From a virus, in IMG/VR virus record IMGVR_UViG_3300032144_000016, positions 1-48,983 of that record: 48,983 nucleotides of DNA. The stretch is one strand, 5' to 3'. Positions 25,334-33,630 of this stretch are shown here, one piece after another (position 1 is the first letter of the stretch; every line of letters starts with the position of its first letter). Under the pieces are notes generated by a model. That model did not search any database. It was not told the DNA's origin and worked only from the letters and a program-made list of their open reading frames with translations. The position numbers and the translations under genes were made by a program.

Positions 25334-26916
25334 TGCGACTCCGACGCCATTCACCTCGCAACCGCGGCCGCGGACCGTACGGACGAGCTGCGTCCGGCGG
25401 CGGTGGACCAGCTCCGCCGGCGGCGCCGGTGCTGCAATTGCTATCTGTCATCACCAGCGGCACAGTGCTGCGCGCCACGTACGACGTGAACCTTGACGCT
25501 GCCTCTGCTCCGGCAGCGGGAGCCATCGTGCTCGCAAACACAGTCGCCGTCGTCGGCGGGACATCCACCGTCAGCGGCGTCAACTGCGATTGGCCGCTGA
25601 GCACCCCCATCGGCGAGGATGAGACGACCGCGACCGCCAGCTACACCGCGGGCGCTGCGCCAATCCGCGAGAGTACCGGCGTGACCAATGCCGCGAACTT
25701 TTCGAACCAGGCCATCACGCATACGTCTCCAGCTGTACTGACGCTGAAGGTGTCCCGAATTACGGGAACGTCTGACACCTGGACGCCCGCGCGAACGGGC
25801 ACGAGCACGCATGAGTGCCGCGGGTCCGGCGCAGGAGGCACGCTTAACGACCGCGGAGGTGGCGGAGGCGCGGAGGCGCGCAAGGCATTTAGCCACACCG
25901 GCGGAGTCGGTTACGCGCGTGTCGGTCCGGCAGGCGGCGCGGCTAATAATAATGGCGTGAACTCGACATTTAACAGCACAACTTGCGTGGCCGAAGGCGG
26001 AGGCCTCTCTGGTGTGCGATCCGACGGCGGCCGAGCGTCGGCGTCTACGGGAGATGTAGCGTACGACGGAGGTGCGGGCGGAACCGGTGGCGGCGCGCAA
26101 CCTGGTGGTGCATCAGCGGGCTCTGGCGGCTCTGGGAGCGGGATAACCGCAGGTGCGCTCACGGGCGCCCCAGGGGCATCGGCGAATCGCACGCATGTGC
26201 CGGGCGCTGGCGGAAGATGCACAGCGGGCGCCGCAAACGCCGGTGGCGCAGGTCGCGTGAGAAGTTTCTGGAAAGAAGCCAGCAACGGGTCTCTCCCTGA
26301 GCAGCGCTCACTCGGTGAGTATCGTAGTGCAGGCGATGATACTAACCATAGTATAACACTCCCCCCAGATGCCAAAGCAGGCGACCGTGTGCAAGCGTTC
26401 CTTGGGTGGGATGGTTCTGCTACGGTCACGTCCTTTACCGGTTGGACGCTGGTGTCTACAGTAACAGTCAGCACGACCACGGTCTCAGGGGGCACCTACG
26501 AGCGTGTCCTGGCAGCTGATGCTTCAGCTGCCACAGACCCGGTGGAGATCATCCTGTCAGCTGCGGAGTCGCTTAGCTGCCTGACTGTCGCGGAGCGCAA
26601 TGCCGCCGCCGCTGAAGGCGCAACGCCCTCTACCGGATCGTCAACGAGCGCCGACCCCCCGAGCCACACACCAAGCGGAGGGTCAATTGCGCGGCGTTGG
26701 TACGCTTTCATCGTCGTCGACGGCGGGGGGCCAATCCAGGGAGCACCCGCGAATTACGATGGCTATGGGGTGATGCCGGCGCGCCTGGACGGCTCGACAG
26801 CGGTTAGCTTAGCGCTGCTCTGGCGCGAGCTTACTGCAGCCTCAGAGGACCCGGGCGGTTTCACGATCGTTTCTGCGGCGTGGGTCGGGTTCACCGTTAG
26901 CACGGAGAGAGTATGA
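25333..26916 (+). CDS. glycine-rich tail fibre / receptor-binding protein candidate (527 aa)
   Basis: The central region 'GSGAGGTLNDRGGGGG...GGAGGTGGGAQPGGASAGSGGSGSG' is a glycine-rich domain like those in phage minor tail/fibre proteins. The C-terminal module has low GC and resembles the N-terminus of 2408..3766. Confidence 0.5.
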   Translation: MRLRRHSPRNRGRGPYGRAASGGGGPAPPAAPVLQLLSVITSGTVLRATYDVNLDAASAPAAGAIVLANTVAVVGGTSTVSGVNCDWPLSTPIGEDETTATASYTAGAAPIRESTGVTNAANFSNQAITHTSPAVLTLKVSRITGTSDTWTPARTGTSTHECRGSGAGGTLNDRGGGGGAEARKAFSHTGGVGYARVGPAGGAANNNGVNSTFNSTTCVAEGGGLSGVRSDGGRASASTGDVAYDGGAGGTGGGAQPGGASAGSGGSGSGITAGALTGAPGASANRTHVPGAGGRCTAGAANAGGAGRVRSFWKEASNGSLPEQRSLGEYRSAGDDTNHSITLPPDAKAGDRVQAFLGWDGSATVTSFTGWTLVSTVTVSTTTVSGGTYERVLAADASAATDPVEIILSAAESLSCLTVAERNAAAAEGATPSTGSSTSADPPSHTPSGGSIARRWYAFIVVDGGGPIQGAPANYDGYGVMPARLDGSTAVSLALLWRELTAASEDPGGFTIVSAAWVGFTVSTERV

Positions 26917-27236
26917 CCTACCAAGTTTACTGGGAAGACGAATCCGGAGAGCGCGGCGGAACGTGCGCGACGCTCAAGCAATACGAAGAGCTCAAAGATG
27001 CGGAGTTGCGCAACGTGTGCCGGATACTCGGGAGCACACCCGAGGCCGAACTCGCGAAGGTCGACGAGCGACACCCGCAGCACCTGAGGCTTGAGAAAGC
27101 GACATACGATGCTTGGACCACGGCCAAAGGGTACGACCGGCCGCCGCTGCGGATAGCAACCGAGCAAGTCGAACCCGAAGGCGAGAACCCGCGAGGCGAT
27201 GGCGGCGCCGTTATCAGCGGTGGAGGAAACCGATGA
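26913..27236 (+). CDS. hypothetical protein (107 aa)
   Basis: ATGA coupling on both sides. Confidence 0.5.
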   Translation: MTYQVYWEDESGERGGTCATLKQYEELKDAELRNVCRILGSTPEAELAKVDERHPQHLRLEKATYDAWTTAKGYDRPPLRIATEQVEPEGENPRGDGGAVISGGGNR

Positions 27237-27841
27237 GACGCATGTTGCTCGTGCTGCTCCTACTCACCAGCTGCGCCACCACCCGCGAAGAGTGGCCCGA
27301 GAGCGCCTACCCTGGCGACTTTCCCGAGCGCATTGGCAAGACCTGGCGCACGCTGACCGGCATTGCCGTCGATGGTGAAGCCAACGGAGACGAGATTGAC
27401 TGGGTCGTCGACAGTGTGACAGAGTGCCTGCGCGAGGCAGTACCGGGCACGCTGACGCGTGACGAGTCGCGCCAAGGCCAATGCTTCGCCGAAGACGGGA
27501 AGCGTGAGCCGTTCCGTTACCCGCATCGCTCTGAGCTGGTCGTCAAGATTGGCAGCTGGCACCCGAGTTGCACGAACCCAAAGCGCCAGGTGCTCGACGT
27601 TGAAGTGCCCGAGCGATTCGGCTGCGACCCAAACAAGCCGCGCCCCGAAGGCTGCCCGGCGAAGTGTTACTGGCGCGGCGGGTACCGCTACGTCGACGAG
27701 CGGCACGTGCACATCGCGGTGCCTGAACTGTCGATGCTCGCGGATACGCTCACTCGGTCGATCACCGCGTGCCTAGACCCGTACGCCATCAAGCGAATCA
27801 GCAAGTGCGCCGCTTGGCGCAAACCACCAGGAGAGAAGTGA
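27233..27841 (+). CDS. lipoprotein (202 aa), Cys-rich mature part
   Basis: The N-terminus 'MRRMLLVLLLLTSC' is a signal peptide plus lipobox (LTSC). Confidence 0.65.
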   Translation: MRRMLLVLLLLTSCATTREEWPESAYPGDFPERIGKTWRTLTGIAVDGEANGDEIDWVVDSVTECLREAVPGTLTRDESRQGQCFAEDGKREPFRYPHRSELVVKIGSWHPSCTNPKRQVLDVEVPERFGCDPNKPRPEGCPAKCYWRGGYRYVDERHVHIAVPELSMLADTLTRSITACLDPYAIKRISKCAAWRKPPGEK

Positions 27842-28110
27842 TGCCTGAATGGGAAGAACGAACGTTTCCGGTTGTGCAGGTTGGCTTGGCGTTGTTCGCG
27901 CTGGTCATCGGTGCCGCAGTGGCCTGCTCACCGCAGCAACTCACCCAAGTCCAAGACGCCTCCGACAAGCGCGATGTGATTTGCCGCTTCGTCGATGCCT
28001 GGGCACCGGACCAGCCGGAGCTCGCGCGAATCCAGCAGCTCTGTCAGGCTGGCGCTGACCTGCAAGAGATTGCGGCGGCCTACGCGGGGTGCTCGGAGCT
28101 GGAGCAGTGA
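27841..28110 (+). CDS. small membrane protein (89 aa); holin or lipoprotein/o-spanin candidate
   Basis: GTGATG junction. It has one hydrophobic segment, 'FPVVQVGLALFALVIGAAVAC', with a lipobox-like AVAC. Confidence 0.45.
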   Translation: MPEWEERTFPVVQVGLALFALVIGAAVACSPQQLTQVQDASDKRDVICRFVDAWAPDQPELARIQQLCQAGADLQEIAAAYAGCSELEQ

Positions 28111-28307
28111 ACCACCGAAGTCTGCTCGAGGAGCTGGAGAACGTTGTCCAGAACCAGCCGCTGTGGCCCGGTGACACGATATCGCACTCCGGCGCTTACG
28201 AGCTAGCGCGGCTTGGGCTGATCCGTCGCGGTGGCGAGGGCAATACCTACTGGTTCCCGACGGAAACCGGAATTCAGGTCTACATATCGGGGAGCATGGA
28301 GACATGA
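28107..28307 (+). CDS. hypothetical protein (66 aa)
   Basis: GTGA coupling upstream and ATGA coupling to the endolysin gene. Confidence 0.45.
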   Translation: MNHRSLLEELENVVQNQPLWPGDTISHSGAYELARLGLIRRGGEGNTYWFPTETGIQVYISGSMET

Positions 28308-29128
28308 CCACTCAGCAAGACCACGAGGCAATCCAGAGCGGCTTCGTCGCTGCCCTAGGCCGAGCTGCCACCGACTCAGAAGCGCTCGTGCTGCACGCTG
28401 TGGCCCGATACGAGACCGGCTTCGGGCGCTGGTGGAAGTCCGCCGCGGGGAAGGCGTCGAACAACCTGGGCGCGATTCAGTACAAGACGCCCAAGGCGCT
28501 CGGGCTCGTCGGGCCTCCCTACCCCGAGGTGTCGCCGGACGGTCTCGGTTTCCTGTACCAGGACACAACCCCACAGCCGGACGGTACTAGCAAGAAGTAC
28601 TACGTCTACTTCCGTCGATACGCCTCCCTGCCCGAGGGGGCGAAGGCGCTGGCTCGGACCGTCTACGTGGTCAACGGGCGCTCCAAGGTGCTCGCAGCTG
28701 CCTCCAGAGGCGACGTCTACGGGGTAAGCGCAGCCATGCACGCCACGCGCTACTACGAGGGCTGGGGCGCCACCGTCGAGAAGCGCATCGCGAACCACCA
28801 CAAGGCCATGCTAGGCGCCTTGCGGGCCATCTGCGGCGCCCTTGGAAAGCCACTGCCGTCGATTGGCGCCATGCCGTCAACCGAGCCAGGAGGGGACATC
28901 ACGAGCCATCCCACGCTGCGGAGAGGGTCAGGCGGGCCACTGAACGAGCGTGCGCACGTCAAGACCTTGCAGCAGGCGCTGAACTCTTCCAAGCCAGGCC
29001 TTGCGCTCATCGTTGACGGCAGGTTCGGGCCTGCCACAGAGCAGGCCGTACGCGACTTCCAGAGCGCCTACTCGCTCGTTGTCGACGGTGTAGTCGGGCC
29101 TTTGACTTGGGGAGCGCTTGAAGCGTAA
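28304..29128 (+). CDS. endolysin: glucosaminidase-like N-domain + PG_binding_1 C-domain
   Basis: The C-terminus 'VKTLQQALN...LIVDGRFGPATEQAVRDFQSAYSLVVDGVVGPLTWGALE' is a classic peptidoglycan-binding repeat. The N-terminus 'ARYETGFGRWW...NNLGAIQ' resembles the FlgJ/LytD glucosaminidase motif. Confidence 0.75.
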   Translation: MTTQQDHEAIQSGFVAALGRAATDSEALVLHAVARYETGFGRWWKSAAGKASNNLGAIQYKTPKALGLVGPPYPEVSPDGLGFLYQDTTPQPDGTSKKYYVYFRRYASLPEGAKALARTVYVVNGRSKVLAAASRGDVYGVSAAMHATRYYEGWGATVEKRIANHHKAMLGALRAICGALGKPLPSIGAMPSTEPGGDITSHPTLRRGSGGPLNERAHVKTLQQALNSSKPGLALIVDGRFGPATEQAVRDFQSAYSLVVDGVVGPLTWGALEA

Positions 29129-29428
29129 ATGTGGCGAAACCCGCCAGCTCCACACAAGGATTGTCAGATGACCGACACGGACCAGCATGACACACTACCT
29201 GCGATGCATCCCGACACGCCGCCGTGGGCAGAGTCCCACTACAACCTGATGTTGATGGTGTATCAGGAATTCACTGGGTATCGGCGCAAGAAGGATGCTT
29301 CGACACTGGCGCTGGAGGCGCGTGTTGCGACGCTAGAAGACCGCGTGGCGAAGCTGGAGCAGACTACGATGCTGCCCCCTGCTCAGTCGTCGGACGACGA
29401 CCCAACCAATCCGGGACGAAGGGAGTAG
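29129..29428 (+). CDS. hypothetical protein (99 aa; the start may be 29168)
   Basis: The ATG directly follows the endolysin TAA. The C-terminus is a short coiled coil and there is no TM segment. Confidence 0.45.
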   Translation: MWRNPPAPHKDCQMTDTDQHDTLPAMHPDTPPWAESHYNLMLMVYQEFTGYRRKKDASTLALEARVATLEDRVAKLEQTTMLPPAQSSDDDPTNPGRRE

Positions 29429-29431
29429 CGC

Positions 29432-29818
29432 GTGTGGCTCATGCAAGCGGCCTCGGCCTCAGCAGATGGTTTCACCCCATCAGCCATTATCTTGGCTTTG
29501 GGGGGCGTGGTTACGGTGCTGGCGCGTGGCTGGCAAGTGCGCCTAAAGAACTCGGAGGTCGAGGCGCGCGAAAGGACAGCTCAGCTCATCAAGAACCTGG
29601 AGGAGGGGCAAGCCAAGGAGGCAGCGAGAGCAGACCGGGCCGAGGCGCGAGCGACGTACCTCGAGGACCAGCGCGGTCACCTGGCCACGAAGCTTCTCGA
29701 GGCGCGCCTGCAAGCCCGGGAGTACCAGCGCAGCCAGAGCCCGCCTCCGGACAAACCGACGGGTCCCTACTCCTCGACGCAGACGAGTGCGACGAAGATA
29801 CGTCCATCAAGGGGTTGA
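29432..29818 (+). CDS. N-terminal TM + coiled-coil protein; i-spanin (Rz-like) or holin candidate
   Basis: GTG start. TM segment 'FTPSAIILALGGVVTVLARGW' is followed by a charged coiled coil and a Pro-rich end. It is the last gene of the lysis cassette. Confidence 0.5.
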   Translation: MWLMQAASASADGFTPSAIILALGGVVTVLARGWQVRLKNSEVEARERTAQLIKNLEEGQAKEAARADRAEARATYLEDQRGHLATKLLEARLQAREYQRSQSPPPDKPTGPYSSTQTSATKIRPSRG

Positions 29819-29843
29819 TTGACGAGGTGTGCTCAGGGCTGGA

Positions 29844-30191
29844 CTAGGTTGGCCCCTTCGGCAACGGTCGCCAGTGGGTGACCAGCCGCGCGCAAGACTC
29901 TTCGGTATCGAACCAGCTGCCATCCTCGGCCATCCAACATTCGACGGCTAGAGGCTCGAATTCACTGGTTGTCCAGGTGCGACCAGTTAGAGCGTCGCCC
30001 ATGCCTGTGACCCACGCTTGCACCTTCTTGCGCGGCGTCGGCGGGTCCGAGACTGGTCGCCACCTCAGGGCCTCCTCGAACGCCAGGACCTTCGCGTGCT
30101 CCTCGCCAGCCTTTCGGTCCCAGAATCTAACCTCCTCGATCAGCTCTTCGCGTGTGGCAGACTCGAGAGCGAACAGCTCGACCTCGTTCAC
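29844..30191 (-). CDS. DUF551-like protein
   Basis: The C-terminus 'WRPVSDPP...LVTHWRPLPKGP' matches the recalled DUF551 pattern (W..v.d.lP ... thWmPLPepP). I chose the GTG at 30191 because of GTGA coupling; the longest ORF extends to 30245. Confidence 0.6.
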   Translation of the reverse strand: MNEVELFALESATREELIEEVRFWDRKAGEEHAKVLAFEEALRWRPVSDPPTPRKKVQAWVTGMGDALTGRTWTTSEFEPLAVECWMAEDGSWFDTEESCARLVTHWRPLPKGPT

Positions 30192-31243
30192 CTGCCGCTC
30201 CGCTTCCTGTCGAGCCGCTGGTCGCTCGGTAGCTCGTGACGCCACATGCGCGGACCGGGCGTGAGCCTCATCGCGTCGCAGAACATCTCTCGCTCCCCTT
30301 TGCGAAGGCGTTCGTCCTCGACGCGGCGACAGGCCTTCTCGACCGAGCGGTTCATTGCGGCATCCCGCTCGCTCTCCCGCCTCACCAGCATCGCCCTTGC
30401 CGCCTCCCCGCTCTGCCCGCCGCTAGCGACCTGCTGGGCTAGGAGCGCCTCGTGTCCGGGCCAGAGCTCGGCAGCGACGCCAGGCCAGCGACAGGCGCCA
30501 CAGAGGCCGTCTACGGTGGCTGGGTTGTGGCAGGACTTGGTGGAGCAGGTGTGCTCGGCCAGGAATGCCGTCGCTTCGGCTTTCCTGTACGCTTTGAAGC
30601 GATCGAGCACTTCTGCCGCCTGAGTCTGTGGTGGCGGGACGCGGCGGACTTTGCGGCGCCTGTCCAAGGTCCAAGTCACATTGTGCTCGTCCAGCGTTGT
30701 GCAGTAGGGCGAGCTTGTGACTTGATGCCGGCAGCGCGCCTGGGGCACAACATCGGTAAAGTCTGCAAACTCGAACCACTCCCCCACCGCGAGCGTCCCC
30801 AGCTCGACGACTTCGGACCGGCGAGCGCGTGGCTTGCCCAATAACGGGGTCTTGGAGCAAGGGCCACAGAGGTCGCACCACCCGTAGAAGGTGCACACCG
30901 GAGACGCCCCGCAAGCCCCACAAGCCGCGCACTCCCCCAGGTCGGTCGCGGGCTGCGGGTGCTGCCAGGTGACGTGCTCCAGGTAACGACTCGTGAAGGC
31001 TGACCTGCCACGAATGTAGCGGAACCAGTCGCACCACACTGTGGTTGGCATCGGCTCCTCCGGCGCCCGCAACGTTGCTCGGGTTCCGTCGGTGTGGAGG
31101 AGGCGACAGTGATAGGCATTGGTCGGGTACCACCAACCCCACGGCAGTTCCCCGCCGTCCAGCATCGTCCAGCCGCTCTCGGGGCCACCGAGCCACGACT
31201 CGATTTGCTGATAGGTTGGAAGGCTCTTGGCTAGGTCGGTCAT
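30188..31243 (-). CDS. Cys-rich hypothetical protein (351 aa)
   Basis: ATGA coupled. Contains several CxxC clusters ('GECAACGACG..CTFYGWCDLCGPC', 'CHNPATVDGLCGAC'). Confidence 0.6.
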   Translation of the reverse strand: MTDLAKSLPTYQQIESWLGGPESGWTMLDGGELPWGWWYPTNAYHCRLLHTDGTRATLRAPEEPMPTTVWCDWFRYIRGRSAFTSRYLEHVTWQHPQPATDLGECAACGACGASPVCTFYGWCDLCGPCSKTPLLGKPRARRSEVVELGTLAVGEWFEFADFTDVVPQARCRHQVTSSPYCTTLDEHNVTWTLDRRRKVRRVPPPQTQAAEVLDRFKAYRKAEATAFLAEHTCSTKSCHNPATVDGLCGACRWPGVAAELWPGHEALLAQQVASGGQSGEAARAMLVRRESERDAAMNRSVEKACRRVEDERLRKGEREMFCDAMRLTPGPRMWRHELPSDQRLDRKRSGR

Positions 31244-31431
31244 TCGAACACCTCGTCTAAGACGCTGACAATCAGCGCCATGTTTCCGTGATAGTCATCG
31301 AGTGGGCTCAGGTCACCGCTGAGGCCCATGCGCGCGTCGAGCCGCTCCAGAATCAGGTTCGCGGCATGGTTCTTGGCCCGCGACTTGAGCTGCGACTTCT
31401 GCCTCGCTTCATTCTTTCGGTAGACCATCAC
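31240..31431 (-). CDS. hypothetical protein (63 aa)
   Basis: GTGA coupling upstream and ATGA coupling downstream. Confidence 0.5.
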   Translation of the reverse strand: MMVYRKNEARQKSQLKSRAKNHAANLILERLDARMGLSGDLSPLDDYHGNMALIVSVLDEVFE

Positions 31432-31661
31432 GTCTCATCTCCCGGCTCATCCGTAGACCGCGCCCGCGCCGGTAGCGGGGAGGTTGGTTCGAGCGCCTCA
31501 GCCGCCTCTGTGGCGCACCGGGCTAGGTCACGGAGCTGCTCGACCATCAAGCGTCGCGTGCCGCAGAGGATGGGTAGCCGTACCTTGCGCCACACGAACG
31601 AAAGCCCGTAGTCATCCCTGACAGCCCAACCGTCACCGCTCGGGTATTTCGGGTCGCTCAC
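31428..31661 (-). CDS. hypothetical protein (77 aa)
   Basis: The GTG start is coupled (GTGA) to the upstream stop. Confidence 0.5.
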   Translation of the reverse strand: MSDPKYPSGDGWAVRDDYGLSFVWRKVRLPILCGTRRLMVEQLRDLARCATEAAEALEPTSPLPARARSTDEPGDET

Positions 31662-32272
31662 GTCCGCCCCTTTCCGAGTTCGTCCAGAAGGGCCCGGGCG
31701 CGCTGGCCTCGGTCATTCTCGGCGGTCCACTTGGGCTTGTTGCGTTCCCAGTTCGACCAGTCCGCGTAGAACCCCAGCCCCTCCCGAAGCCGCTCTACCT
31801 GATTGCTGGCGGCGTCGCGTTCGGCGGCGAGGCGGGCGTTGTCGATGCGCAACTGGTCGAGCGTGGACGGCGGGTCGTGCTCTGGGGCTGGAGCGGCAGT
31901 GCTATTCCCGGCGCATTGGCCCAGTAGGTCGCGGGCGTACGCGCATCTCGAGCAGGTGCAGTTACCCGCAGTCAGGCGTGCGCGCTTGTCGCGTTCGCGC
32001 TGGATGGCTTTGCGCACCTCCGGGACGAGCGCGTTGTGCCGAATGATGCCGAATTCCTTGCACAGGTCGACGCGGTCGCTCTGGCACTCTCGCCTCAACC
32101 TGGCGTTCTCCTGCTCGAGCTCGGCGAGGCGGGCCTTCAAGTCGTCCAGTTCGCCTCGGGTGAGGTTGACGTTTCTGGCGCGTGCTGTCTGTTCCATGCC
32201 AGCGAGTATCTCTTCCGCCGTCTCTGGGTACGGAGGTCGAGGGCCCGGGTAGTTGCCTCGCCAGTCGCTCAC
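31658..32272 (-). CDS. coiled-coil hypothetical protein (204 aa)
   Basis: I chose the GTG at 32272 (GTGA coupling with 32269..32601); the longest ORF reaches 32323. Contains leucine-zipper-like segments. Confidence 0.55.
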   Translation of the reverse strand: MSDWRGNYPGPRPPYPETAEEILAGMEQTARARNVNLTRGELDDLKARLAELEQENARLRRECQSDRVDLCKEFGIIRHNALVPEVRKAIQRERDKRARLTAGNCTCSRCAYARDLLGQCAGNSTAAPAPEHDPPSTLDQLRIDNARLAAERDAASNQVERLREGLGFYADWSNWERNKPKWTAENDRGQRARALLDELGKGRT

Positions 32273-32601
32273 GCTCCCGCCTTTCTGAACAAGCGCTTGC
32301 CGTTCTCCACAGCTTCCGTCCACCTGAAGCTGAAGTGATCCGGGCCAGCCGGTAGGATGTCGATCAACTCCAGCAATTTCGACAGCGCCGTTTCGAGCTC
32401 GGCGAGGCGGGCGGAGTCGGCCACGAGCCTATTGAAAACGTCCCAGGTAACGTGAATGCCAGGGTCAAGCGGCCGCTCTGCACCGGCGGCCGCAAGACAC
32501 TGGTGCTTGAACTCAGCTACCAGCTCCGGCGTCGGCGGTTGCATGGTCCCGTCCGGCAGCCGGAACACGAGCGGCGAATCCTTGTAGGGGTTGTCAGCCA
32601 T
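32269..32601 (-). CDS. hypothetical protein (110 aa)
   Basis: ATGGCTGA overlap with the upstream gene. Confidence 0.55.
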   Translation of the reverse strand: MADNPYKDSPLVFRLPDGTMQPPTPELVAEFKHQCLAAAGAERPLDPGIHVTWDVFNRLVADSARLAELETALSKLLELIDILPAGPDHFSFRWTEAVENGKRLFRKAGA

Positions 32602-32776
32602 CTCCGTTGTCCTCCCGCTCCTTGTCGCACACCGGGCACCCGGGGCAGCTCAAGCAATCGCCCCGCGGCTCGTCATGCTTGTGGCAGACGTCGCACATCG
32701 CGTCGCCGCACTCTTTGCAGCCGAACACGACACTCTGCGTCCAACAGTTGCCCTTGCGGTTGTGTCGGTCAGCCAT
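32594..32776 (-). CDS. Cys-rich mini-protein (60 aa), paralog of 824..1015
   Basis: Shares the motif GNC..C.EC....C.VCH.HDE.RGDC..C..C..CD. TGATG coupling upstream. Confidence 0.7.
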   Translation of the reverse strand: MADRHNRKGNCWTQSVVFGCKECGDAMCDVCHKHDEPRGDCLSCPGCPVCDKEREDNGDG

Positions 32777-33045
32777 CAGCCCAGCTCCCCATTCAGAAAC
32801 GCATCTGTGCGCGGGTAGAGCGCTACGAGCTGTTTGCGACGCTCATCGTCTAAATCACTACAAACGAACACATAGACGTCGGAATCCAGGTCTGGACCGT
32901 GTGTCATCCGGTGTTCGTTCTCGGCCATGTCGTCGGCTACCGCCCGGCGCAGCTTCCACCGGAGCGGCATCAAATCCACCCTAGTATCACTGTAAACCCA
33001 TGCGATAATGTCGTCTGTGACAACGTCCACCGGATGCTCAGCCAT
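32776..33045 (-). CDS. hypothetical protein (89 aa)
   Basis: I chose the internal ATG at 33045 (ATGGCTGA overlap with the upstream stop). Confidence 0.5.
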   Translation of the reverse strand: MAEHPVDVVTDDIIAWVYSDTRVDLMPLRWKLRRAVADDMAENEHRMTHGPDLDSDVYVFVCSDLDDERRKQLVALYPRTDAFLNGELG

Positions 33046-33286
33046 TGGGCTCCGGTCCTTCCTGAGCCAACACACAGAGCGCCTTCGGCTGCCCGATGAG
33101 AGTCGCTTGAGGCAACGACGGGGCATGGTTGCACCGATGGCTCATGAGGCGCTGAAGGTCCTCTACGGCCTGCCTGGCTGCCTGCTCGAAAACCTGCCCC
33201 GTCGTGCAATCGTGTCCCCACGGCTGCGTCAGGTGAAACTCCAGAGTGACTTGCACGCGGGCTGTAGCGGTTACTCTCTTGCTCAT
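33038..33286 (-). CDS. hypothetical protein (82 aa)
   Basis: I chose the ATG at 33286 (ATGA coupling). Confidence 0.5.
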   Translation of the reverse strand: MSKRVTATARVQVTLEFHLTQPWGHDCTTGQVFEQAARQAVEDLQRLMSHRCNHAPSLPQATLIGQPKALCVLAQEGPEPNG

Positions 33287-33630
33287 CTCGGCTCCGGTCC
33301 TTCCTTGCCCTGCAGGTTGGCGATGCTCGGGTCCGGCGGCGCTACTACCCAATAGGCAACGTCCTCATCGACTGCCCAACGGAAGCGCTCACCGTCCCAG
33401 TCGTCGACTGTCCATGTCCAGCCGCTGGCGTATTCGTAGCTGGGTACGTACACGAGATATTGCCCGGGTTCTGGCGGCTTGCGTTCCGTCATTCGAACGG
33501 GAGCGTACAGGTCGACTTGGGCGACGATCGCGGCTTCGAGCTGGCTCGACGCCTCTTTCCAGACGGCATTGTCGATGTTGCGCCACCGCTCCACCAACGC
33601 CGCGATCGGCTGCTTCACTGGGTCAATCAT
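33283..33630 (-). CDS. hypothetical protein (115 aa), DUF551-like C-terminus
   Basis: ATGA coupling to the helicase stop. The C-terminus 'VAYWVVAPPDP' is reminiscent of DUF551. Confidence 0.5.
   Translation of the reverse strand: MIDPVKQPIAALVERWRNIDNAVWKEASSQLEAAIVAQVDLYAPVRMTERKPPEPGQYLVYVPSYEYASGWTWTVDDWDGERFRWAVDEDVAYWVVAPPDPSIANLQGKEGPEPR

Noticed and set aside
29432-29847. Embedded Rz1-type o-spanin in the +1 frame of the Rz-like gene
   Set aside because: The alternative frame (part of ORF 29224..29847) has no start followed by a signal peptide and lipobox Cys.
29820-29850. Bidirectional terminator at the convergence of the late and leftward-early transcription units (GTTGGCC-ccttc-GGCAAC)
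   Set aside because: The stem is short and imperfect, lacks flanking U/A tracts, and lies partly within the 3' end of the 29844.. ORF.
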